The translations under genes were made by a program, and so were the position numbers. A DNA stretch of 64,000 bases from Bryobacterales bacterium (GTDB taxonomy: Bacteria > Acidobacteriota > Terriglobia > Bryobacterales > UBA6623), in NCBI GenBank assembly GCA_965219605.1, contig CBDCOC010000001.1, forward strand, positions 1,077,185 through 1,141,184, written 5' to 3'. The notes under the pieces are model-generated. The model did no database searches. It saw only the letters and a list, made by a program, of their open reading frames with translations, and had not been told where the DNA came from. Shown here in pieces: positions 39,712 to 49,636 of the stretch (within the stretch, counting starts at the first letter, position 1; every line of letters begins with the position of its first letter).

Positions 39712-41295
39712 GTGACTTCCGAAGATCGCATATTCCAGCAGCGTTTCGAGAAAATAGCCCGGATCGCCGATCTGGGCTTCGAGCGCTACCCCCACAAGCA
39801 CGACACGACCCACACGATCCCCGAACTGCGCGACGCCTTCGACTCGTGCGATAGCGACAGCTTGGAAGCCCAGCAGCCGAGCGTTCGCATCTGCGGCCGC
39901 TTGCTTGCCAAGCGGCGCCAAGGCAAGGCAGGCTTCGCCAACCTGAAGCAGGAGGGTGCCCAAATCCAGATCTATGTGCGGCGGGACGAGGTCTCCGAGC
40001 GCGACTTCGAACTGTACAAGCTGCTGGACGCCGGGGATCTGGTCGGAGTGGCCGGCCGGGTCTTTCGCACGCGAACCGGCGAGCTCACCGTGCGAGGGAC
40101 CGAGCTGTCATTCCTTTCCAAGAACGTGCTGCCACTGCCCGAGAAGTTCCACGGCCTGCAAGATGTCGAAATCCGCTACCGCCAGCGATCCCTCGACCTG
40201 ATTAGCAACGACTCGGTGCGACGGACGTTCGTGACCCGAGACAGGATCATCCGCCAGCTGCGGGCGAGCTTCGAGCGGCGCGGTTACATCGAGGTCGAGA
40301 CACCGATGATGCAACCGGCATACGGCGGCGCACTGGCGCGGCCGTTCCGAACGCATCACAACACGCTGGATGTCGACTTGTTCTTGCGAATCGCCCCGGA
40401 ACTGTACTTGAAGCGCCTGACCGTCGGCGGGCTGGACCGGGTGTACGAGATCAACCGCAATTTCCGCAACGAGGGGCTTTCGAAGCAGCACAATCCCGAA
40501 TTCACGATGCTGGAATTCTACGAGGCGTACAGCGACTACCGCGACTTGATGAACTTCAGCGCGCAACTGCTGCGGACCAGCGCAGAGGCCGCGCTGGACG
40601 GCCGCACCGTGGCGGAGTTCGGCAAGCACAGAATCGATTTCCGCTCGCTGGACCGCATGACATTTCCCGAGGCGATCGCCGAGCATTGGCCGTACAGCGA
40701 TTCACGTCCGCGCACGGAGGGCCTGGCCGACATAGGCAAGCTCCGCGAACTGGCTGCGATTCATGCACGCATGGGCGGAACGCCGGCCCCGATGCCCGAG
40801 GGGATCTCGGCCGGAAAAGCCATGCTGAACCTGTTCGAGGCCGCTTGCGAGCCCCTGCTGATCCAGCCCACGGCGATCTACGACTATCCGGTAGAGGCGT
40901 CTCCCCTGTCCAAGCAGAAACCGGACGACCCCGCCTGGGTGGAACGTTTCGAGATCTTCTGCGGCGGGATGGAGATCGCCAACGGATACTCCGAGCTGAA
41001 CGACCCGCTGGAACAGCTGGAGCGATTCGAAGAGCAGGCCTTGGCCCGGGCTGCGGGCGATCACGAGGCCCATGGCATTGACGAGGACTATATCCGCGCG
41101 CTCTGCTACGGCATGCCGCCGACCGCTGGCGAGGGGATCGGCATCGACCGCCTGACCATGCTGCTGACCAATTCGCCCACCATCCGCGACGTGATCCTAT
41201 TCCCCCTGCTGCGGCCTGAGCGCGACATCGGCATTGCGCAGCGCCTGCACCAGGCTTCAGGGACGGCGGCGCCGAGCGCCCGCGCATCTGGCTAG
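39712..41295 (+). CDS. lysS: Lysine--tRNA ligase, class II
   Basis: Class II motifs ([23 protein letters not shown]; [15 protein letters not shown]) and an OB-fold N-terminal region. GTG start. Confidence 0.92.
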   Translation: MTSEDRIFQQRFEKIARIADLGFERYPHKHDTTHTIPELRDAFDSCDSDSLEAQQPSVRICGRLLAKRRQGKAGFANLKQEGAQIQIYVRRDEVSERDFELYKLLDAGDLVGVAGRVFRTRTGELTVRGTELSFLSKNVLPLPEKFHGLQDVEIRYRQRSLDLISNDSVRRTFVTRDRIIRQLRASFERRGYIEVETPMMQPAYGGALARPFRTHHNTLDVDLFLRIAPELYLKRLTVGGLDRVYEINRNFRNEGLSKQHNPEFTMLEFYEAYSDYRDLMNFSAQLLRTSAEAALDGRTVAEFGKHRIDFRSLDRMTFPEAIAEHWPYSDSRPRTEGLADIGKLRELAAIHARMGGTPAPMPEGISAGKAMLNLFEAACEPLLIQPTAIYDYPVEASPLSKQKPDDPAWVERFEIFCGGMEIANGYSELNDPLEQLERFEEQALARAAGDHEAHGIDEDYIRALCYGMPPTAGEGIGIDRLTMLLTNSPTIRDVILFPLLRPERDIGIAQRLHQASGTAAPSARASG

Positions 41296-41337
41296 CGCAG
41301 GCCGCCAATCCGTTTCCCAAGCCAAGGAGCACCGGCG

Positions 41338-43128
41338 TTGAAAGAGCGAGAGTGGCAATGGCCGGACAGTTCCTCCCGCCGGCTGCAACGTGGCGAGCGG
41401 ATCGCCCGGGAGCTAAAAGCGCCCGTCGCTATCGGTGAAGCGCTGGCCAGTCGCAAGTCCGACGATTTTGACCCGCTGGCGCTGGCGCAGCGACCTTTAG
41501 CCGATTGCACCGCCTCGATGGGCGAGCCTCCAGGCACCGGCGCGGCAGCGGCCACGCTGCTGCGGGCAGCGCGTACCGGGCGGTTGGGAATCCTGTGCGA
41601 TTTTGACGTCGACGGAGCGACCTCCCAAGCGATCTTGGTCGAGACGCTCCGCCAGATCAGCGGCCAGGACGATTTGCAGCCGCCTGTTGCCGTTCCCGAG
41701 CGCAACACGGAAGGCTTCGGCCCCAACCCGCGCTGCCTGGACCAGTTGGCGCGCGCTGGCGTCACTTGTATCGCCATCTTGGATTGCGGCACGGCGGCAG
41801 GTTCCCTGTTGGATGCTTTCTGCGAGGCTACCGGAATTGACGTGGTGGTCATCGACCACCACCCTCCGCACGGTGACCAGCCCCCAACCGCCGCGATCCT
41901 GCTCAACCCGTGGGCCGCCGCGCCGGCATCTCCCGGAGAGCACGGCACTCTCTGCGCAGCCGGCTTGACGTGGTTCGTGGCACGCTCGATGCTGCGCCAA
42001 TGCGGATTGACCAAGGACCGGGCCAAGGCCGTGCTGCAGCGCATCACGCTCTACGCGGCTCTCGGCACGTCATGCGACCTGATGCCGCTCGATGTCCCGT
42101 TCAACCGGTCACTGATCCGCCATGGCGTCCGCTTGCTCGGGGATCTCGCCGCACGCGGCTGGGGACTGTCTGCGATCTGTGCCGCAGCCAAGCTCGGACA
42201 GAGTCACCGCTCTGCCGACTTCGGCTGGAAGCTCGGCCCCAGGCTGAATGCCGGCTCGCGCATGGGGGAGTCCGACCTAGCGGCGCGCTGCTTGTGCGCA
42301 ACGGATCGAGATACGGCACGGGAACTGGCGCAGCGGCTGGAACGGCACAACCAAGAGCGCCGAGATCTCGGCAAACAGGCACGGGCGGAACTGGACTCGC
42401 GCCCCAACACGGCGGAGTTCGATGGCGGGCCGGTGAACGTGCTGGTGGCTTCCGCGGCCACGCCCGGCACGGTGGGCTTGGTGGCATCGGAACTCGTCAA
42501 GAAGTCGGGCTGGCCGGCCATCGCGCTATGCGAGCGAGACGGCCGCACTTTGGCGGGATCCGGGCGCTCGGCGCTGGGGTTCAACATCGGGGAAGCGGTT
42601 GTCGCCGCCGTCAGGAACGGCATTGCGCGCAAGGGAGGCGGGCACGCAGCGGCATGTGGTGTCGAGATCGATTGCCGGCGCTTGGAAGACCTGAGGAAGT
42701 TTCTGGCAGAGCGCTTTGAAGAGCATGCGGCCAAGGCACCCGTTCCCTGCGAGCCCAAGCTCGTCATCGATGCGGTCTTGCGGCCCGAGCAGGTTGCCGC
42801 GGATGCGCTGCTTGCGCTTGCCGAAGCTCAGCAAGCACTGGAACCATGGGGCCAAGGATTGGAATTACCCCGTTTCGGCGTCCGTCAGTGCGCGCTTCGG
42901 AGCGACAGGCTGACCGCCAATGGACACCTGTTCGCGACATTGGAGTGCGCCGGCAACCGATTCGAGGCCGTCTGGTGGAATGCACCGGAAGGCTGGCAGG
43001 ATCGCCTGGGGAAGAACGCTGCAAGCGCACGGCAGGTGGAACTGGCCGGAGCGATCGACCTGGACTCGTGGAACGGTCGCCGCAAGGGGCGCTTCTTAAT
43101 CACTGCCGCGCGCGTGCCGCCGCAGTGA
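41338..43128 (+). CDS. recJ: Single-stranded-DNA-specific exonuclease RecJ
   Basis: DHH-family motifs CDFDVDGATS, DCGT and VVVIDHHPP, plus DHHA1-type GGGHAAACG. TTG start is tentative. Confidence 0.88.
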   Translation: MKEREWQWPDSSSRRLQRGERIARELKAPVAIGEALASRKSDDFDPLALAQRPLADCTASMGEPPGTGAAAATLLRAARTGRLGILCDFDVDGATSQAILVETLRQISGQDDLQPPVAVPERNTEGFGPNPRCLDQLARAGVTCIAILDCGTAAGSLLDAFCEATGIDVVVIDHHPPHGDQPPTAAILLNPWAAAPASPGEHGTLCAAGLTWFVARSMLRQCGLTKDRAKAVLQRITLYAALGTSCDLMPLDVPFNRSLIRHGVRLLGDLAARGWGLSAICAAAKLGQSHRSADFGWKLGPRLNAGSRMGESDLAARCLCATDRDTARELAQRLERHNQERRDLGKQARAELDSRPNTAEFDGGPVNVLVASAATPGTVGLVASELVKKSGWPAIALCERDGRTLAGSGRSALGFNIGEAVVAAVRNGIARKGGGHAAACGVEIDCRRLEDLRKFLAERFEEHAAKAPVPCEPKLVIDAVLRPEQVAADALLALAEAQQALEPWGQGLELPRFGVRQCALRSDRLTANGHLFATLECAGNRFEAVWWNAPEGWQDRLGKNAASARQVELAGAIDLDSWNGRRKGRFLITAARVPPQ

Positions 43129-43239
43129 GCCGGCGCCGAAGGCCGGCGAATCCTCTTCCGCGCGCGCCCTGCTGGAGCACCCGGATGCACTGGCCCCGCA
43201 GCGCTGCGGAAACGATGGCTGTCTTGCAGATGCCCGGCG

Positions 43240-46200
43240 TTACCTGACGCCACCATGCACTTTCCGCTCCCGCCATGCCGCCACCGCAGGACCCGTCACG
43301 TCCAAGACCGCAGCGGCATCGGCAGCGCCCGTCAGCCCTGTTCCTGCCTCGCCGTGCGCGGCACCCAGAGGGTCCCCGTGAAAGTCTTGGCGCGGGTTCG
43401 AGAATCGCGGCAGCTCCGCGCAACGGATGCCGAGATAGCGGCAGTGCCCGCCATAGGACATGATCGTCCGCCAGCGGCTCACCGGCGAACTGGTCGCCCG
43501 TTGGTTGACGTAGCCGTAGGCCGGGTGCGAGAAGGTGCGGCTGCGCTCTCCTTGCAGCACTTCGAAGCGGTCATGGCGCAACCCCATGTTGTGACCGATC
43601 TCATGCACGAACGTCAAGGCACCGCAGGATCGGTTAGTGATTCCGAAGGGGGCCGGAGACTTGTACGGGCTCGGGACATTGGCGATTCCGCAAACGTCGT
43701 AGCGGCCTGCGACCAGAAGATGCAAGAGATCTGCACCGACTCGCTCACGCAGGTCCTGCGCCGTATCCAGATAACCGTCAGATGGGGCAGCCAAGCGCTC
43801 CAGATCGTTCCCGCTCGCCGTCTCGGCATAGGCCACCTCTGCCGTCCCGATCAGCTCCACGCGCTGGCGGACTCCGCTCATCGCGAAGATCTCGTTGGCC
43901 GTCGCGATCATGAGGTCGATCTCGGCCTCGATCGCGGCGGTACCGCCAGCTTCCTCCCGCGCCCTTGGCGTGTAGGCGACAGCCACATCAACGGGCATCG
44001 GTGCGGCCCCGCAGCGCACGCCGGAAAATTGGATGCCGGCAAGCCAATCCCGCCAAGCATCCGGTGCGCACATCCGGGTCAGGAAGATATCCAACACCTC
44101 GAGATCGGACTGCCGCCAGCCGTCCGGAAGAGAGCCTTCCAGCCCCCAATTGTGAGACAGTTCCGCTTCCCGAAGACGCAAGTTCCCCAACGCAGCCGGG
44201 ATCGTTCCGCGCAGGTCGTTGCGGGAAAGGACGAGAGCAGTCAAACTTGCCAACCTGCCGAGTTCGCCGGGAATGCTGCCGGCCAGTGCATTCTGCGACA
44301 GATCCAGGATCTGCAGCCGCGTCAGGGACCCCAGCGCTGCCGGAATGCGTCCGCCCAGCGCGTTGCGCTCCAGCCGCAACACCACGAGTTTCTCCAACAG
44401 GCCCAATTCCGGAGGAACGGCGCCCGTTAGCCGGTTGTTCATCAAATGCAGGGTTTCGAGGTTCTTCAGCCTGCCCAGCGCTCCAGGTATCGCACCCGTC
44501 AATGCATTCGAGCTGAGATCCATGCTTCGCAACTGCGCCAAGCGTCCCAGTGCCGGTGGGAGCGAGCCTACCAGTCCATTTCCCATCAAGGCCAGTGCGA
44601 TAACTCGGCCGGCGTGGTCCGTCTCAACCCCGAACCATTCGTGCAATGGCGCAGATGTCGCCCAATTCAAGGCGCTGTTCCAGTTCGCTCCACCCGTCGC
44701 TTTGAAAAATTCTGTCAGGACCGCCCGATCTGGCGAGCCCGGGCCCGGCGTTGCTCCCTCATCCGCCTCCACCGACACCGAGAACAACTGAGACACGCTC
44801 AGCCCGCCCGTGTCGGTCGCCGTGATCCTAACGCTCGCCTCGCCCGCACCTGTCGCTGTCAGCATGACACGGGCACCTGAGATGCCGGCCCGCACGATAT
44901 ACGGCGCAGAGGATGACACCGTGTATACGAGCGCGTCGCTGTCCGGGTCGACGAACGCCCGCGAGACATCCACGACAAGATCGCTGCCCACCGACGCCAG
45001 ACTCCGTTCTGGAAGCGTTCCCACCGCGATGGGCGGGTGGTTCACGGCGTTGGAAGGGTCGGCAGGACGGTCTCGCCAAGCAGCCACCACGGCACCCATG
45101 CTGTTGATGACGGCTACCGCATCGGCCGGACCGGCTATTCCTGTGCCGCCGGCCTCGTAGGGCACGCCCAAGGGGTCACCGCCGTAACTCTGCCTCGGAT
45201 TCGAGAAGCGTGGCAGCATCACGCAGGGGTGGCCTTCCAAGTGGCACTGAGAGTTGTAGGCCATGATCGTGTGCCAGAATCTTTCCCTAGGAGATCCCGC
45301 TTGGAAAGCATGCTGGTTGACGTAGCCGTAGGCAGGGGAAGCATACGCGCTACTGCTCACCTGAGTGACGGCGCGATCATGCGATAGCGCTAAGTTGTGT
45401 CCGACCTCGTGGGCGAAGACGAGGCCCCCGCAGCGCTGGTAGGTTACACCAAAGGCACCGGTGCGCGTGGCTACTCCACAGAGCCCGTGAACTCCGCCTG
45501 CAACGAGATGCACCAAGTCAGCTCCTGTCCGCTCGCGTATCGCATGGACTTCGTCCATGACGCCATCTGCCGGGTCCTCCAGAAGCTGCAGGTCATAGTC
45601 CTGTTCGACATAAGGCACCTCGGCTCTAGCCACCAAGGCCAGGCGGTGGCGCACCCCGCTCAGGGCATAGGCATCGTTGGTCTCTGCCAGCATCAGGTCG
45701 ATCACTGCCTCAATTGCCTCGACCCCGCCTGCTTCCTCCCGCGCGGCCGGCGTGTAGAAGACGGCTATGTCGATGACACGGCTGGCTTCCGGCTCGCAGA
45801 GACGCCCTGAAGACCCGATTGTTGACAGCCAATCCCGCCAGCCCGTCGGGGCGCACGCCCCGGTCACGATCCAGCCCAAGTTCTGGAGCCGAGGCAGTTC
45901 GGACAAGCCGTACGGAAGCGGCCCCGAGAGACCCCAGTTGAAGGACAAGTCCAAGTCTTGTAAATGGGCCAAGCTTGCCAGCGAGGCCGGGACCGGTCCC
46001 ACGAAATTGTTTTCCTGGAGGTCCAGAAACTCAAGCCGGTTCAAGCGCTCCAGAGAAACCGGTATGTGGCCGCTCAGGTTGTTGTAAGACAGCTCCAAGT
46101 GTTCAAGGTTCGCCAAGTTTCCAAGCTCTTCCGGCACGGGCCCGTTAAAGTTGTTCTCTTGTAACTGGAGTACGCGGAGGCTGGCCATGCTTCCCAGCCA

Positions 46201-46602
46201 AGCTGGGATCGGTCCTTCCAAGCTGTTGCTGCTGGCAGACAAGACGCTCAGATTGACGAGGTTCGCCAATTCCCTTGGAAGCGGCCCGCTCAACGAATTA
46301 AGGCTCAGGTACAGCCACCGCAGTTCCGTCAGCTGGCCTAGCGCGGCTGGAATCACGCCTGTCAGGTTCTTGGCGGAAAGTCCCAGTTCTATGACCCGGC
46401 CAGCAGGATCCGTCAACACGCCCTGCCACTCGCTGAGCGGCGCGGAACTCTTCCAATTCGCGCTCTCTGTCCACTGCGGCCCGCCAGTCGCGTCGTAGAT
46501 TGCCTCCAGCGCCCTTCGGTCGGAGTCGGCGGCCTGCAGTGGCCAACCGGCCGAGCTGGCCGCCACGGCCAGCGCTGCAAGCCCGCGCAGTGGGACGCGC
46601 AT
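43240..46602 (-). CDS. Secreted 1120-aa protein: two tandem [plant-type LRR + reprolysin-like zinc metalloprotease] modules separated by an Ig-like domain
   Basis: Signal peptide MRVPLRGLAALAVAASSA. LRR caps DRRALEAIYDATGGPQWTESANWKS..WQGV and DRAVLTEFFKATGGANWNSALNWAT..WFGV, each followed by ~8 LxxLxxLxLxxNxLxGxIP repeats. Two metzincin motifs, HEVGHNLALSHD and HEIGHNMGLRHD. Confidence 0.88.
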   Translation of the reverse strand: MRVPLRGLAALAVAASSAGWPLQAADSDRRALEAIYDATGGPQWTESANWKSSAPLSEWQGVLTDPAGRVIELGLSAKNLTGVIPAALGQLTELRWLYLSLNSLSGPLPRELANLVNLSVLSASSNSLEGPIPAWLGSMASLRVLQLQENNFNGPVPEELGNLANLEHLELSYNNLSGHIPVSLERLNRLEFLDLQENNFVGPVPASLASLAHLQDLDLSFNWGLSGPLPYGLSELPRLQNLGWIVTGACAPTGWRDWLSTIGSSGRLCEPEASRVIDIAVFYTPAAREEAGGVEAIEAVIDLMLAETNDAYALSGVRHRLALVARAEVPYVEQDYDLQLLEDPADGVMDEVHAIRERTGADLVHLVAGGVHGLCGVATRTGAFGVTYQRCGGLVFAHEVGHNLALSHDRAVTQVSSSAYASPAYGYVNQHAFQAGSPRERFWHTIMAYNSQCHLEGHPCVMLPRFSNPRQSYGGDPLGVPYEAGGTGIAGPADAVAVINSMGAVVAAWRDRPADPSNAVNHPPIAVGTLPERSLASVGSDLVVDVSRAFVDPDSDALVYTVSSSAPYIVRAGISGARVMLTATGAGEASVRITATDTGGLSVSQLFSVSVEADEGATPGPGSPDRAVLTEFFKATGGANWNSALNWATSAPLHEWFGVETDHAGRVIALALMGNGLVGSLPPALGRLAQLRSMDLSSNALTGAIPGALGRLKNLETLHLMNNRLTGAVPPELGLLEKLVVLRLERNALGGRIPAALGSLTRLQILDLSQNALAGSIPGELGRLASLTALVLSRNDLRGTIPAALGNLRLREAELSHNWGLEGSLPDGWRQSDLEVLDIFLTRMCAPDAWRDWLAGIQFSGVRCGAAPMPVDVAVAYTPRAREEAGGTAAIEAEIDLMIATANEIFAMSGVRQRVELIGTAEVAYAETASGNDLERLAAPSDGYLDTAQDLRERVGADLLHLLVAGRYDVCGIANVPSPYKSPAPFGITNRSCGALTFVHEIGHNMGLRHDRFEVLQGERSRTFSHPAYGYVNQRATSSPVSRWRTIMSYGGHCRYLGIRCAELPRFSNPRQDFHGDPLGAAHGEAGTGLTGAADAAAVLDVTGPAVAAWRERKVHGGVR

Positions 46603-46611
46603 CTTTGAACT

Positions 46612-47268
46612 CTAGCGGTCCGGCAGCGCCGGCCTATCGCGACCGCCGTGCCGGCGCAGCCTGGATTTCCTGTCACGGGCGGGAATCGGATCACCCAGCG
46701 GGGGCAGCCGTGCAGTATTGATCTGGCTGACCAAGTGCAGGCCTGCGTCTGCCGCCCGGATGCGGTAGACCGTCTCCGCAGTGCGTATCGTACCCGCGAC
46801 CACAGCGCCGTTCACAACCAGCGTCATCATTCCCATTTCCTCGCCGGACAGCCGCCCCGACAGAGAATAGCCCCCCGAAAAAGTCGGAGACACTCGCTCG
46901 ACGATAGCCGTGAACGACACGTCGTCAAAAAGGTTCAATTGCAGCACTCCGGACGAGGGGCCGTCTGCCGGAGCCGCCCCGGGCGAGCCAACTGGCGGCG
47001 TGATCTGCGCAAAGTCTATCGACACCAGCCGCTGCCGCAGCGTGATCAAGTCGATGTCGGAGGCAAGGCCGGAATCAGGTACGCTGGCTGAAGCGGGGGA
47101 TAGGGGCGCACTGGCAGAAGCGGGTTTCGCTTCCGACTCGACTGGCAGGAACAGGCCCCTCTCCTCGCCCGCAACCAAGGACGCCAGCAGCAACCCACCG
47201 ACAGGCACCCGCAGCCCGTGCCGCCGTCCGATTGCCGCCAGCCTCGCAGGCAGACTCCATCCTTGCAT
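46612..47268 (-). CDS. Hypothetical secreted protein resembling the N-terminal pro-region of bacterial reprolysin-like proteases
   Basis: LQLNLFDDVSFTAIVERVSPTFSGGYSLSGRLSGEEMGMMTLVVNGAVVAGTIRTAETVYRIR...LPPLGD matches the pro-domain pattern as I remember it. It has an Arg-rich odd tail and stops 9 nt before the next gene's ATG. Confidence 0.55.
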   Translation of the reverse strand: MQGWSLPARLAAIGRRHGLRVPVGGLLLASLVAGEERGLFLPVESEAKPASASAPLSPASASVPDSGLASDIDLITLRQRLVSIDFAQITPPVGSPGAAPADGPSSGVLQLNLFDDVSFTAIVERVSPTFSGGYSLSGRLSGEEMGMMTLVVNGAVVAGTIRTAETVYRIRAADAGLHLVSQINTARLPPLGDPIPARDRKSRLRRHGGRDRPALPDR

Positions 47269-47312
47269 GTCGACTATTCTTCATCCGCATTATAAGGCTT
47301 TTGCCGCGGCGG

Positions 47313-48602
47313 CTAGGCAATTTCCGCGAGGGCGAGAGCCGCGGCATTGATCGTGAAATCGATTTCCGCGTCGCCGTGGCAAGCAGCAACGAACAGCGCT
47401 TCGAACTGCGAGCACGGAAGGTAGATCCCGCGCGCCAGCATCGAGCGGAAGTAGCGCCCGAACAGCTCGGTTTCGCAACTCGCTGCATCGCTCCAGTCAT
47501 GCACGGCCCTATCGGTGAAGAAGAAGGTCAGCATCGAACCAACCCGATTGCTGGACAGCTTCACTCCGGCAGCTTCAGCCGCCTTCGTCACGCCCGCCTG
47601 CAAGCGTGCAGCAGATGCCTCGACCCGGTCATAGATGCCGGGGTTGGAGCGCAGCGCGCGCAACATCGCGAGGCCGCCAGCAACCGCTAGCGGGTTGCCG
47701 GAAAGAGTGCCGCCTTGGTAGACCGCTCCGAGCGGGGCGACATGCTCCATGATCTCGCGCCGCCCGCCGAATGCGCCGATCGGCAGGCCGCCGCCGATGA
47801 CCTTGCCCAGCGTGGTCATGTCGGGGGTCACCCCGTACAGCGCCTGCGCCCCGCCCAACGCGACCCGGAACCCGGTCATCACCTCGTCAAAGATGAGCAC
47901 GGTGCCGTTCGCCGTGCATAGCTCCCGCAAAGACTCCAAGAATCCGGGACGAGGAGGCACGCAGCCCATGTTGCCGGCCACCGGCTCGATGATCACGGCG
48001 GCAAGCCTGTCGCCGTGGATCGCAAACGCTTCGGCCGCCGCCGACGCATCATTGAAAGGCATGGGCAGCGTGGTCGCGGCAAAGCCGTCCGGAACGCCTG
48101 CGGAATCCGAGATGCCGAGAGTGGCGAGACCGGAGCCGGCCTTGACTAGCAGCGAATCCACGTGCCCGTGGTAGTTGCCGATAAATTTGATCGCCAAGTC
48201 CCGTCCCGTATAGCCGCGCGCCACTCGCAGCGCGCTCATCGTGGCCTCGGTGCCGGAATTGACCAGCCGCACCATTTCGATGGAAGGCACGATCTCGCAG
48301 ATCAACCGCGCCATCTCGACCTCCGCAGCGGTGGGTGCGCCGAAGCTGGTCCCGGACTTGAGGGCAGCTTCCAAGGCCGCGATAACCTCGGGATGGCGGT
48401 GGCCGAGCAGGAGCGGCCCCCAAGACCCGACAAAGTCGACGTATTCGTTGCCGTCCACGTCCCACAGCCGGCAGCCATCGCCGCGAGCGATGAAGACCGG
48501 CTCGCGGCCGACGGCGCGAAACGCCCGAGCGGGCGAATTCACGCCCCCCGGAATGACATCCTGGGCTTGGGAAAACAGAGAGTTCGAAAGATCGTGCTGC
48601 AT
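47313..48602 (-). CDS. hemL: Glutamate-1-semialdehyde 2,1-aminomutase
   Basis: GGVNSPARAFRAVG, full-length class-III aminotransferase similarity, and the PLP-Lys region GKVIGGGLP. Confidence 0.93.
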   Translation of the reverse strand: MQHDLSNSLFSQAQDVIPGGVNSPARAFRAVGREPVFIARGDGCRLWDVDGNEYVDFVGSWGPLLLGHRHPEVIAALEAALKSGTSFGAPTAAEVEMARLICEIVPSIEMVRLVNSGTEATMSALRVARGYTGRDLAIKFIGNYHGHVDSLLVKAGSGLATLGISDSAGVPDGFAATTLPMPFNDASAAAEAFAIHGDRLAAVIIEPVAGNMGCVPPRPGFLESLRELCTANGTVLIFDEVMTGFRVALGGAQALYGVTPDMTTLGKVIGGGLPIGAFGGRREIMEHVAPLGAVYQGGTLSGNPLAVAGGLAMLRALRSNPGIYDRVEASAARLQAGVTKAAEAAGVKLSSNRVGSMLTFFFTDRAVHDWSDAASCETELFGRYFRSMLARGIYLPCSQFEALFVAACHGDAEIDFTINAAALALAEIA

Positions 48603-48627
48603 GGCTCGGCTCAGCTTGGAATCTTAG

Positions 48628-49044
48628 CTAGCGCTGCCCGTCGTCCAATGGCGGATGACCGGGAGGCAGGCCGCTGCCGGGCTGGCCGGCAGGAGGGTGG
48701 CCCGGGGGCAGCCCTGCTGTCGGCGGATGGTTCGGCGGCAGCTCCCCGGGCGGCGAACCGCTGGCGGGGGCCGGTGCCAACACCTGCCAGCCGTCTGGAT
48801 CGCGCCGCAGCCGGTACAGCATCTGCATGACCGCTTTGGGATCGTTCTCCGCCACGATGGATACGGCAACAGTTGCCACGTCCCCTTCGTAGCGGATGCG
48901 CTCCGCCCGGACCTGCATCTCGCCTAGGCGCAGATCGGTGCGCTCAGCGAGGTAGCTCCTGACGGCCGTTTCGATCTCGGACGCCGAGCGGGGCGCTTCC
49001 TCGGAGCAGGCCGCCGCCAGCAAGAGAATCAGCGTGACGAACAT
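48628..49044 (-). CDS. Lipoprotein with Pro/Gly/His-rich C-terminal repeats
   Basis: Lipobox LLLAAAC. C-terminal LPPNHPP..LPPGHPP..LPPGHPP repeats. Start taken at MFVTLILLL. Confidence 0.6.
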   Translation of the reverse strand: MFVTLILLLAAACSEEAPRSASEIETAVRSYLAERTDLRLGEMQVRAERIRYEGDVATVAVSIVAENDPKAVMQMLYRLRRDPDGWQVLAPAPASGSPPGELPPNHPPTAGLPPGHPPAGQPGSGLPPGHPPLDDGQR

Positions 49045-49100
49045 GTGGAGACGCACGAATCGCAGGCCCGTCCCGGCGCTAGCCCGAGTATAGCCGCTCC

Positions 49101-49619
49101 CTAGCGGGTGATTTCCCAAGCAAGATGGGCCACTTCCGGCTGAATCAGCTTCTCCCACGCCAAGCGCACGGCGGCGGGAGATCCCGGCACGGAAATCACC
49201 ACGGTATCGCGGCAGACTCCAGCCGTGGCCCGCGAAAACATCGCAGCAGCGCCGACCTGATCATAACTTAGCATGCGAAACAGTTCGCCAAATCCGCTCA
49301 GTTCTTTCTCCAAGGCACGAGCGAGCACATCGTAGGTCCGGTCCCGGCGCGAAATGCCGGTCCCGCCGTTGAAGAGCACGACCTGTACCTGCTCGTCGGC
49401 TACCAGTTCCTCCAGAGCGGCCGCCACTTGGTCGGGCTCATCGGGCACGATACGAATCGAATGCAAGCGATGGCCGGATTGCGCCACGGCGCCGCTGAGA
49501 AACGCGGCGTTCGCATCCGTCTTCGGCGTGCGGCTGTCGCTGACGGTCACGACCGCCAGCGTCACCGCCCCTCGCTGCGCGGCGCGCCTGCGGTGCTCTG
49601 CACTGCTCTGGGAAGCCAT
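49101..49619 (-). CDS. moaB: Molybdenum cofactor biosynthesis protein B (MoaB/MogA family)
   Basis: VVTVSDSR..., [11 protein letters not shown] and VISVPGSP motifs. Confidence 0.85.
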   Translation of the reverse strand: MASQSSAEHRRRAAQRGAVTLAVVTVSDSRTPKTDANAAFLSGAVAQSGHRLHSIRIVPDEPDQVAAALEELVADEQVQVVLFNGGTGISRRDRTYDVLARALEKELSGFGELFRMLSYDQVGAAAMFSRATAGVCRDTVVISVPGSPAAVRLAWEKLIQPEVAHLAWEITR

Positions 49620-49636
49620 CGGGAGAATTCCTGAAC

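Noticed and set aside
43129-43147. GCCGGC-gccgaag-GCCGGC hairpin between the convergent recJ and LRR-protease genes, considered as a bidirectional terminator.
   Set aside because: The stem is only 6 bp and there is no T/A tract on either side. Such GC palindromes are frequent by chance here.
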